Assembly: GCA_002633005.1 (NCBI GenBank)
Contig: NMRA01000391.1
Location: 1 to 64,000 of the forward strand
Source of the DNA: Phoronis australis
Lineage: Eukaryota; Animalia; Phoronida
Reading direction: 5' to 3'
Length of the DNA: 64,000 nt
Shown here: one piece after another, positions 13,110-25,100 of the stretch
Numbering within the stretch: the first letter of the stretch is position 1
Layout of the letters: the number at the start of each line of letters is the position of its first letter
Position numbers and translations under genes: made by a program
Notes under the pieces: model-generated
Told to the model about the DNA's origin: nothing
What the model saw: the letters and a program-made list of their open reading frames with translations, nothing else
Databases searched by the model: none

Positions 13110-16100
13110 TGTGTGTGTGTGCTTGCGAAACCGAGTTTCCAAATTATGCTGAGTTTGTCCTACGTGTTGTATGATATTGTGTTGTGGGATATTACTTCAT
13201 GTACGCCACTCTCGGTACGTTTTGTGTATATATTTCCTTTACTTTTTTCTGCACGAATCTAACATTTTCATTACGCCACATATCAGATGACATTTGTCAT
13301 ATCGTGCTTGATTTTACTTTATTTCTGTATGTGTTGACAAAGGATTTGATTATATCTGAAATTAATCAAGTGTAAATTTCAGATATAATCATATATATAT
13401 ATATATATATATATATCCTTTTTCTTAAAAAATGAATAGTATCCTTCAGAGAATGTGAATCACCTCATTTAATTTCAAATTTATTTTCTACGTAATTCTA
13501 GAAAGCCCAAATACAAATTGTTCAAAATATGTTTCACATTTAAAAGAGGCAAAGAAAAAATATTTTGCACACGCTGAATACAAACCTGCGAAATCGCTCG
13601 CCGTCTCTTGTGATAGCTTGGATCATCGGTTTGCATACGTCCACATTAGTTGCGGATGGGGATGACTTCCCAACAGAAAGAGCAGGGAACTTATTTTTAC
13701 ACCATGTGAGGGACGGAAAGTCACCTGGAAGAAATTTCAATCAAAAGAATATAAAAAACAATAGAACGCAAATATGTCCTATTTGCCATGGCTTGGACTG
13801 CGTCCTGTAAGGTAAGCGTGTTTAGTACGATCACGCAAGTCTTGCGAGGTATCTCCAAACTTTTACATGCCAAGAACGTGTTCCCCTTGTTTGACTCGCA
13901 AGTTTATTGCGTTACAAAACTGTTGTTGACCAATTCAAACTGAGGAAACCGTTTAAGACAAATGGCTACACGTATTTTTCGTCTTTTTGAGGGCATTTTT
14001 TAAATTTTATAAATGAAATTTAAGGCTGCGTTGTGACAGTAACATACGGTGGCCACAAGATGACATAGCGCGTTTCGTTTCAGTCACCTCAGCATCTGCT
14101 AGGTATCATAGTTACACAAGTGGTATACAGTATATTTGTCTCTAGATCAAACTTTACTATCTTAGGATCTCGAGATATTTTTTTCTAAGCTTGTGGCTGT
14201 ACGTAAACAGTATTCTGGCGCGTAGCACTGCCAAACCACCTGGATCGACAGCAGAAAGAATGATTCGAACCACTAAGTAATTAGTAACACATTTGTGGTG
14301 CATGGATCTGTAAGAATGTTGCTGCCCTGGCGTCGATAACTGCCGGTCTATGAAACCAATCACATCATCAATGTCTGAATAGCTGTTACGACGCGCGAGC
14401 TCTAGTCTCGACAACAAACGCCGAAGGTGCCTAACGCTAATAATGGTAAAAAGCGATACCTGGGCATGGTTACACTTTCCTTTTTGTGACAGTCCTAAGT
14501 TAAAAAGATCGCAAAAACTTTCATCACTTTCCAAATTGGAATGTTTGTGGTAACAGAAAAAGGTCTATCCTGTAAAACCGATTTTATCACAGTAAGAGGT
14601 CGAATTTTATTTTTGTTTTATAGCCGAAAAACTAGTAGAACAGCAGTTTTAAGAGAAAAGAGTACAGTGTATCTTTAAAATTATCCCATTAAAGTGAGAC
14701 AAGTAAATCTGTTATCTGGACTGTTGACTGATGGAAGTTTTAAACAAATGCGCTGTCAACAACGGTTTTAAAACTTGACATGTTTCGGTGTCATTTATTA
14801 AACACCATCCTCAGAAGTCATAATACAGTGGCCACCTAGCTAGGCCCAGCAACAAGTAATGAAGCACAGATACAGTCAGTTACAGGGAGTGACAATGAAC
14901 TAGACCAACAATGACAACCTGTGGTGTGTCAGTTGCCTATTGAGATTGGGCTTGCACCAACTGATATGTAAAGCCTCACGAAGGAGCTTAAAATTCGTGA
15001 GGCTTTACATATCAGTAAACCAGACAGGATCGCGTGTGCTTTTACAAACGTTGAAAATTAAGTCGTCTATCTTATTACGTACACTGTAGAATATTTTTTC
15101 AGTGCAACTGCCATTTGAATTATGTGATAAAGTGATATTCTCATCACAATGCCATGGCTTAGAAATATGAGGTTTTAAAGACTACGGTTGAAAAGGTGAA
15201 TTTGCATAAAAGTAGTCTTTGAGTACACTATAAGTAAGAACCGTCAGCTTTGATATTGCAGTTTTGCTTGCAAGGGTGGTATTCGTCTATTCTTCGGCAA
15301 GGATGCCGCTGAAAAATTTGTTTACCTTTAAAACATTTTTCCTTGTACAAAATGCCTGCAGCCCACATTATACTCAGTTGTGCACTATACATGTGAACCG
15401 ATCTTTTACCAGCTGTCAACAGTTACATACATGTACGTACCACTGAGTTTTTAAACGGTTCCCTCAAAATTTTGAGGGACTGTTGTGGGTTTCTGAGTTA
15501 TTATCATACTCCAGCTGAGTTATTATCCTAGTCCAACTGAGTTGTTATCCTAGCCTAAGCCTCTGGAACTTTTGTCTTCTTTCCTTTTGCCGTTTTTTGG
15601 TATTTTTCCTGTACCGAACGGCCCCCTAACTGCCCCGTGGATGTGGGCCCTCCTGTCCATCCCCTCTCGACGCCCTTGGCCATGCATTCCATTTAGTTTG
15701 CAACGTGTTTTTATTCAAACTACTTCGAACATCTGTTGTGGAAACCACGATTCTTTAGTTGAGACCGACGAGCATTTGAAAACAGACTATGTTGGTAGAA
15801 TCGAGATCCCGAGACAATTAAGTCGGAATCTCAAGATCCTGTGCTAATAAAAAAGAAACGCGCGATGTCATCCACCGTAGTAACAGGTCTAAATCCATGG
15901 TAGTTTTTCAGCGAGATAAATAGGACGAAATGCAACTTTAATTATGATTTGTTTTAGAAGAATTTCGTTCATACTTTAGTGATACCTATTATTTCTTCTT
16001 TGGGAACTAACGTCATAAGCGTGACTCGTACCAGGAAATAATGGTGAATTAGCGTTCCTGATTACACATGATAAATATAGAGTATTACATGGCGAAGTCG

Positions 16101-19100
16101 ATATCCCCCGTTATCTAGAGCCCGGGAGGATTTTGGAGAATTATCGCCCGATGGGCGCGAGCCCCGAGGGTGATAATTCTACAAAATCCATGAGGGCTCT
16201 AGATAAGGGGGATAACGACTTCGCCATGTAATAATCTATTTATACCACATACTGAACGAGAAACATACAATGAATCGATCTTTCTCGACACGCCTCGGCT
16301 TTGTAACTCCTTTCTATGTCAAAGGCCCGGGGTCGGAGGTCGTGACCTTTTAAGAAAAGCCGAGCTATTTTTGTCAAATAATGCTTTTACTCAAAACCAA
16401 TTGAAAACTAAAACAAAATAGAAATAAAGTGAATCTGTAAATAAAGGTTTAGCAACTACTATAGCTTACTACACATTTTGTCACGCTAAGCTTCGACCGG
16501 GAAAATATCGTCTGCTAAAGTAGGTTACCACTAGTAACTGGCTCAAGTCAAAGGATCCCGACGACACGATACCCGCATTCAAATTGGAGATCGGTGGTTA
16601 ACAAGTGAGAGAACACGAGAGAAAATACTTCACTGAATTAAAATATCGTTTTTATGGAACTTATGCGTCTTATTTTTCATAGCGTATAAATGTCGGTGCA
16701 ATGCCCTTTGCTGAACATGCGATTGTTACGCGTGCTCATTTAAAGGAGCATGCCACCCAAAAAACAACCTAATTTGTATCAATTTAGATCGAGTAGTTCT
16801 ACTCCATAACGACAGGTACGGTTGCGTTACCTGACACCTTACGGCAGACGGAGGTGTTGAAATTATCCAATGACGTCATTGGTTTCACACGCAGTCTGTT
16901 CAGCAGTTCACAACATGGGTTACTGGTGTCAGCGTATCGCTTGAAGTCATCGTTTAACAACAATAAATCATCAAACTTCGATGTAAAACCCTTAAAAACA
17001 CACCGAATTCTTATAAAAACGTGTTGTTTTATTTTGCTCTTACGGATTTATTGGTATTTGGACACACCGTAGCCTACAAAGTTCGTAGCAGGAGTTTGGG
17101 ATCCGACTAGATAATTTCGAAGTATTTTCCGTGATATACAGACAGGAGAACCTAGATCTGTATTGTTTAGACTTGTGATTTTTTGAGTTCTAAACACAAA
17201 ACGATTGTTAGCCTGGCCAGTGGCTCGGAGCACGATCAGACCCGTCGCGGCCGGTCGCCGGGAATGACTCGTTATCCCCGCCAGTGGCTCGGAAACTGAT
17301 CAGACATCACGAACATAAACCAGCCAAAGTTCAGTGGAAACTAAAGATCCAGTCAAGAAAATACTATACTAGTGAGCCAAAGTAATGTGCACCTGATTAT
17401 GTTGGTGAAATACCCACGAAACTGCAGATCTACTTAATCGTCGGGTGCCGCGAATTCACTGGGTTTCGCTTTGGCCACAGCACCGTCAGGGCAGAAGTTG
17501 TACATTGACAATCAGTATTTGAGTAATGTAAATGTCAATAAAGATTCCCATGACACCTGGCCGTGGGATGGAAATTGAGTTGTTTAACAACAGTTTCTGC
17601 CAGCAAACACTAAATTACCATGAGCTCACACGGCCTAGGAGTCCCGTCAATTAGTTTTATTGCACCTAAAGCTGGTAACGCAGTGATTTATTCATTGCTT
17701 GCTTCTCAAATCATTTGCACTCACGAACACTCCAAAGGCATTACAAATTGCATCTAATGATACAGGCTTTGTTTCAGTTTTATGTAAGTATTGGTTAGGG
17801 TGAGAATAATTCATTTTGAAACAGAACGCTCCGTAATAAACGCCAATATGGTAACTCGCAATCACGACTTAGGACGAGCTAGAGCTCATCAGTCCCGACT
17901 TCGCAGGTGGATCGTTAAGTTTTACAGGCTATCAATTCGAACAGAAATACAGTGATGAAGAAATACTAAAAAGGCGTCGTGAACAAGCTCAGACAACGGA
18001 ACGTATGGAGTTATTTGGAAAGCCGGCATTCGTCAGGCAAGGTCAACTCCTCTGCAGGCCACAGACACGGATATTTTTCACGGCCTCATACATGCGATTT
18101 ACAGCGTACATTTCATTCTTCACTACCATGAGCCACTTCCTAAGCATTTCGGACTCTCGAGGAAGTAAAAAAAAAACCTTATACCCGCTTTCCTTGCAGC
18201 TGCTTAGTTCGGACAAGCGGAAACGATGCACTGCAACATAGCGGCATTCACTCTGCATATGAACCACTGACGTCGCTAGCGTCGTTTCTCACCTTCCTCA
18301 CAGGTTAATGCGACACCTCTTGGCAAGGTAAGGTCGACCGTATGCGAGGCGACGTAGATATAGACCGATTAAGACGGCTAAAAAGACTAATTAAATCGGG
18401 TGGCATTCTCCTTTAAGTATTCTGCTTTCACGATCGGTGATGTCAGCCGCTGAGTGGTGTAGTGGTAAAGTTGGCGACTCGAAGCTCTTGAGGCCCGGGT
18501 TTGAATCCGGCCTCGGTTTCCCGCCAAAATGTTACCTCACTAGTGAGATAACTCATGGACTATTACACGGTTGTATCTGCCATTCGAGGCTAATATTGAG
18601 GTATAAAACCAAAGACCAAATGGAGTTGGTCGATTGGTTGAACAGAAAGATCACCACCGTTAAATTACTAATTATTATTAATTTATGCGTGCACCTTGAC
18701 ATAATAATAATACTGAGTAGGTCTTAATGATATCGTTTTTACAAAAATTAATTCAATGAAAACGACTAAAAATACTTTTTCTAAGTGGAATGTGCTAAAT
18801 AGTTCCAAACGCGTTCAAAAGGGTGACATTCCCTTAAAAGACAGATCAGCTAATGAAATTTCAGGATAACATTGTCGCACCATTTTATTGTTTCAATTGG
18901 ACGTTTTCGAACGGCAGTTGCTTATTTTTAAGTTGTTGAATATTAGAAAAGCATTTGCTTTATCAAATTATGAACTTCCTTTTTACAGGCACTCAAACAA
19001 ACATTTTGAAAGATCACTGCCATGTTCAACTATAAAACAATATCTCACAATGTTGCATCGTAATGTGACATTATCAACCAGGAATTTTTTAGGATCAGCC

Positions 19101-22100
19101 ACAGCTCGGTTTCTGATATGAAACATTCGCGGTCGCAGTCTTACACTTTACTGGCGTGCTCAATCCCACTCGATTAATGACGGTGTATTTTAATGGAGTA
19201 AAACTGAAAGTCAACGGTCTTAAAGGCGAATGCCACCAAAAAAAACAACCTAGTTTGTATCCATTTAGATCGAGTAGTTCCACTCGATAACACCTGACGG
19301 CAGACGGAGGTGTTGAAATGAACCAATGATGTTAGAGGTTCGAATGCAGTCTGTTCAGCAGTCCACAACACGCTTACTGGTGTCACCTTATCGTTTGAAT
19401 TCATCGTTTCACACCAATAAACCCTTACAAATATATCGAGTTATTGAACAAACGAGTTATTTTATTTCGCTGTTACGGATTTTAAGGTATTTGACCGTTC
19501 CGTAGTCTACAAAGTTCGGTAGGCCAATTTACCAGGGTCAGTGCGGGAGTTTCGGGTCTGTTCGGTGATAAATTCAATGTATTCGTCCGTGAAATACAGA
19601 CTGGAGAACATAGCTGTGTGTTGTAATTTTAGACTTGCAATATTTTTCAGTTCTAAACACACAAAACGCTTACTATCCCGGCCAGTGGCCGGACTGAAGA
19701 CACCCCGAACATAAACCAGGCAAAGTTGGAAACTAAACTTTCAGTCACGAAAAGACTGTACTAGTGATCCAAAGAAAAAATGTGTACTTGATTATTTTGG
19801 TGAATTAGCCGCAAAACTGCAAATCAACTTACTAGTTCGTCGGGGGCCGCGAAGTCAGGTTACCCCTCCACAGAACCGGCAGGGCAAAAGTTGTACAGTA
19901 ACAATGATTCGAATAATGTATATGAGTATCTAAATAAAGGTTCCCCTCACATATGAGCATAGGATATAAAATCGAGTTATTGTTTCACAACAGCTTTCTG
20001 TCAGCAAATACAGAATTAGCATGCGCTCAGACGGCCTCGGTGCGCGGTCAATTAGTTTATAGCATATAAAGCCTGTAACGCAGTGATTTATTCATTGCTG
20101 GCTTCTTAATATCACTCACGAAAACTTCAATGCATTGCAAATTGTATATAATGAGACACACTTTGTTTCAGTTTTTTATATTAAGCATTTGTTAGGGTGA
20201 GAATAATTCATTTTGAAACAGAACGCACAATAGTCAACGTCAAGGTGGCAACTCGCAATCCCTTAGACGAGCGCTCATCCGACGATGACTTCAGAGGTCG
20301 ATCGTTAGGTTTTACAGGGTATCAGTTCAAACCGGAATACACTGATCAAGAAAAAATAGAGAGGCTCCGTGAATGTGCATAGACAACGGAACATATGGAT
20401 TGTTACGAAAACCGTTTGAATGACTTGTCATGGTGTCAGTGAGCTAACTGCACGATAAATGGAAACGACTGACACTTGCATTTGCTGCCACGAAATTCCG
20501 CAAGTGAAACGCCCTCTTGAAGAAGCACAGATGCGTCTCAAGGACCATCCTGGTTTTGTACCGCACCTAAACAGAGGTGTGCCTATGTTTTTTTAGGGCT
20601 GAAAAAAGAACTGGGGAAAACTACCTACATACAGTGGAACAAACAGAAGACTCACGAACGTGTCAGTTATCAAACAGGTTATATAAAACGTTATGTTCTC
20701 ACGCCTTGAATTAATTTTAATTGTTTATGTTTTCATGACCAACTGCAATTCTCCATAATCAAAAACTGATCAACAACCCGGCGAACAGACGAAATGCAGG
20801 CCACTGACGGACACGGAAAAGTTTCACGGTCTCATACATTGTATTAACGGCGTACTTTTCATTCTTCACTACCGCGAGCCACTTTCGAAGCATTATGAGC
20901 TCTCGAAGAAGTAGAAAGAAAAACATATAACCGTTTCCTCGCAGCTTCATAGTTCGCACAAGCGGGAACGATACGTCACACAATAGCGGAACTCACTCTG
21001 CAGAAGAGCCACTGATGTCGCTGCGTCGTTTCGCACCTTCCTCACAGGTTAACGCGACACCTCTTGGCGAGGTAAGAGATTTGGATATAGACCGATTAAG
21101 ACGGCAAAAAAGACTAATTAAATCGGGTGACATTCTCCTTTAACTGCATCAAACTACTGGATGATATCGATTAGGTTATCCCAACATCGATAAACTTAGT
21201 TATTCGTTTCTCAGCCGTTCAAACCTGGGAATATTCACAAATGCACGGAGATGATAAGGGAGGAAGGGGAGCAGAGAGGGAGGGAGGCACAGGCGGAGGG
21301 AGGGACGGACGGACGGGATTGAGATGGAGAGGAAGATGGAGAGAGAGGGAAAGCGGGAGGGGGAGGGAGAGAGAGGGGGGGAAGACGGGTGGAGAAAGTG
21401 AGGGATACTGGCCCTTTGAAAGTCTGTAGGCATCACATTCTATTCTTCCATGGGCACTACAGTAGTTGACAGAATTCTACAAGGTAACCAGGGATATACA
21501 TTTTCATTAAGGTGACATAAGAAATTGTTGCTTTTCGTTTTAAGTAAAAGAAAAGATATATGCCATGTAATGCTTGTAGGCTTTTCAAAGGCTTCGACAT
21601 TGTTCAGCAAGCCGATCAGGCCGGGTTAGCCCACTGCGCTTCCCACTTGGAATTGTTTGTCTGCCTTATATATATAATTAAAAACGAGAAGAGGAGCTAG
21701 AGACATTTGGATTGTATGACATGGGCAAGCGGTAAGGAACCGATAAATTTCGGCTAAAGAAAGAAAAGCACTGAGTATTCTAAATAAAATGCTCTCTTAC
21801 GGTAGTTGAGAAAATATTGAAAACAAGCATTAACCACGTGGGTGTTATCATACACCCTCACATTTAGACCTACACGCCCATACGTGGAATATTTGAACGA
21901 TTCAAATTACTGAATTTTTCGCATTATTGAAAAGTCAAATCAGGTAAAACAAAAAATTCTCAAAATAACGTAGTTTAAGGAAATTTAAAAGGAGTGTGAA
22001 TTAAGACATGACTTTAGTCACTCCAGATACTCGCACGCACACATACACTTACGCCTGCACGCACACATAAACGCACAATCACACACTGACGCAAAATTCT

Positions 22101-25100
22101 AATCAATTTGCCAACAGTGCGACCTGTGTGTGCATTGTCACTTACCGCCCGCTGTGGCAGACTTAAACCTCTCTCCATTAACGGCTCGTTTCTTTCTGAA
22201 TAGATCGTCGTCGTCGTCATCATCATTGTGGCTGGCCGTTGCTACTTTCACGACGTCAACCGTGGTTTTAGCAGTTAAACCGTTATGAGCGATGCTAACA
22301 ATATTTACCGTGGTTGACGTAGGCGCGTGACTGAACACCGCAGCTGTGGTCTTTACTGTCTCTACCTTCTTCTTTACTGTGTCATAGCAAGTTACGTAAT
22401 TGTTTTTAACTTTAGAAACTGATGTTGTAGCTTCCGCTCTGGCGAAAGCGCGACACGAAGGTTTTCCTTCCTCTTTTGAGCGCCAAGGATCACCAGAAGA
22501 TAAAATCACGATCGGTTTGACTTTGTCCAGAAAAGCTTTCATGTTAGCCCAACTGCTAACTCTGCCGTGCTGACTCAGTCTGTACACCGATGACTGCATG
22601 CCTTGGACATAGTTAACACTCGTAGCTGCCCAAAGATGACCAATGAATAACATAGAGAACGTTTTGTAGACAAGGCGAAGAACCAGGCCCTTGTCCGTGT
22701 CTTCAGTGCCAAGTGCTGATGCAAGTACCTCCATTCTCACGTCAGTGCATATCGGAGGTAACGTAGGGCACTTACTTGGTTCCGTGCACTTGTTGATCTT
22801 TGTCTTTTTGACATCAGCACTAAACTGTTTTAAAACTTGTGTATTTTCTTCGAGACTAGAAACATACAAATTCACCTTCTTCCTAATATCTAGGTTTAAT
22901 TTCTCAATAAGTTCTGCGGATATGACAGAAATACCCTGAGCGAGATATCCGCGCGTGATGAACACGTGCCGTATGTTATTCAAGTCTTCTTGTTTTAGAA
23001 AGCTTACTATTTCTTGTTTGTGCCAAAATTTGTGTATTTTGGACTCGTAGTCTGTGATTCCGTCCACTATGCTAACAGTTCCATCTGGGCACTGAATCAA
23101 AGTGAAGTCACCATTACCAACCGGAAGCTCGTAGATGCGCAACACCTGGTCTGAAGGAGTAAGTATTCCTGAAATTGTGTAAACAAATAATTTCATTTTC
23201 ATTGCAAAATATCTTTGTTGGGTGAAATAATAAATCCAAAAAGGTTTGACAAACGATAACTCAGGGTAATAATACTGATAACCTATCTTCATTGAACGTA
23301 CGAAATTATCTGTTCGTGTATGTATTTTGTTTGTTTTTTATATTGATATATCCTGCTGTCTCTTGCTCTATGGTTGCATATGGAAGTAAATTAGTTCACC
23401 ATCTCCGATACCAGCCAAGCGCTTCGCACATACTCAACTTTCAGGTAACGTCATCGCAGGAGCTACAATAACCTGTTAGAACTTCTAGACGTTATAATTC
23501 CATTGTGAGAAGTTACATGTATACTTAGTTTATAGGGATCTCAAAAGAAGGAATTTCCCAACTTGTTTGGTATGGATTTTTACGTCTTACCCAAGGTGTG
23601 CAAGCTAAATGTGCTCATTTTCTTTACACTGGATCTTATGAGAACCGTCCTGATAAGTTTCATAAGAATGGCCAAGTTCATTAGAGAAGCAATATCGCTA
23701 TCAATTGTGTAGAGAAAACCTACGTGTGATGATCGATTTGCCAGTCTTCGAAGTTAGAACGAGACTTTCCCCTTCGACTGCAACCTCGACATCATTTCCG
23801 CTTTTTGTCACTTTGCAGAAACCGGAACAGGAGAGATATTTTATCATTTTGCCGATGAGTGTGGAGTCCGTACTTTGCTTACTGCTTTTCACCTCAGTGA
23901 AGCCCAACGTAAGCAGGCGTCCTTCGGCTGCTAATCCTTTCGCCGTGGCTGACCAAGCACCTCTAACCATGATCTTACCTGTCAATCGAGCAAATAGCTT
24001 GGTAAGTAAGAGACTATGAGAAACAATTTTTTCTTTGTGTTAAGTAATTAAGCGGCACTCGTGTTAGATTATGTGAAACCCTTAGAAATTAGAAGCTTGC
24101 CTGAGTGCCTGTGACAAAACAGTAGTCAAATTTACCTTTTGTAGACTAAATGAGTATGACGCGTGCACACGCAGAATGAGCTATGGGATGGGCCAGAATC
24201 GCGGTTACCAAAGAGATATTTGTTTTTAGGGTAAATTGTGCACAAGCACGCACAAAACATGTTTCACATCAATGGCAATCTCCTTTCAATTTAGTTTCCG
24301 TATCCAGCTATGGTATATTCATCCACATGGTCAGGGGCGGATACAGGATTTTGAGTGAAGGGGGGCCAGGGCACAGGAATAACCAGAATTCGCCACATGT
24401 AGGGAATGCCATATGCTAGTCAGCAATTCGTACCCCGAACTGCCAAATGGTATTTGGGAGAATTTTAGGGGGGTATGGCCCCCTTGCTCCCCCCTCCCTA
24501 AATCCGCCACTGGTGGTATATCATATCTCACAACTATGAACCGGTCCACCGTTACGAAGACTAAAAAACATTGGCCAATGCATAGTATAAGAATCAATAA
24601 ATCTATTACTGGACTTACGGTACGTGGAGATGGATAGCCTCAATAGACAGGGGGGCTGCGGTTTCACTTACCTAGGACATGGGATAGGGCGCTGAAGAGA
24701 ATCCCGCGGAAACTGTTGCTAAAAAATCTACACTTGTGACATTCCATTGTCTTCTGTCTAACGAGTCTCAATATCTTGAATATGCCTTGAACTTCTCATG
24801 TGACTGTTCAGAAGGTTATCAACCCGTTTCAGACTAGGCTCTACAAGTTGGCTTGTAATGTAGGGTCATTTGGCTCCCGAAGATGTTCTCGAACAATAGT
24901 GAATTGTGCGTTACCAAGTTGGAATCTATTTATAGCTATAAGAGGTCCAATTCAAAAGTGGGAAGTTTATTTGACGAAACGCAGTTTTATAACAGCTTCA
25001 AAGATTCAATGGCTATTTTTGGAGATAGAGGTTTCTCTCCATTTCTTCACAGAACCACAAGGTCCTCCAATTCTACAATTCCCGAGAAAAAAAAACTACA

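Larger units (their letters stand above)
16077..18518 (+). repeat. Family D element (hairpin head + ~500-bp body + tRNA-like end), interrupted by a Kolobok-like insertion
   Basis: 16077-16743 plus 18413-18510 align colinearly with 59413-60110. Confidence 0.85.

Noticed and set aside
10999-13724. Calling the minus-strand gene hedgehog (hh) or hedgling
   Set aside because: No CGPGR start, no GCF/Hint domain, no VWA/cadherin/TM; intron positions differ
15493-15556. CRISPR-like array (also 45871-45995)
   Set aside because: Contiguous tandem units without unique spacers; eukaryotic context
18449-18518. Functional tRNA genes here and at ~60048
   Set aside because: Poor D and anticodon pairing; copies diverge and sit inside a repeat
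22138-23292. Stand-alone bacterial comEC gene or contamination
   Set aside because: ORF is bounded by canonical splice sites in phase with flanking exons and lies among animal repeats
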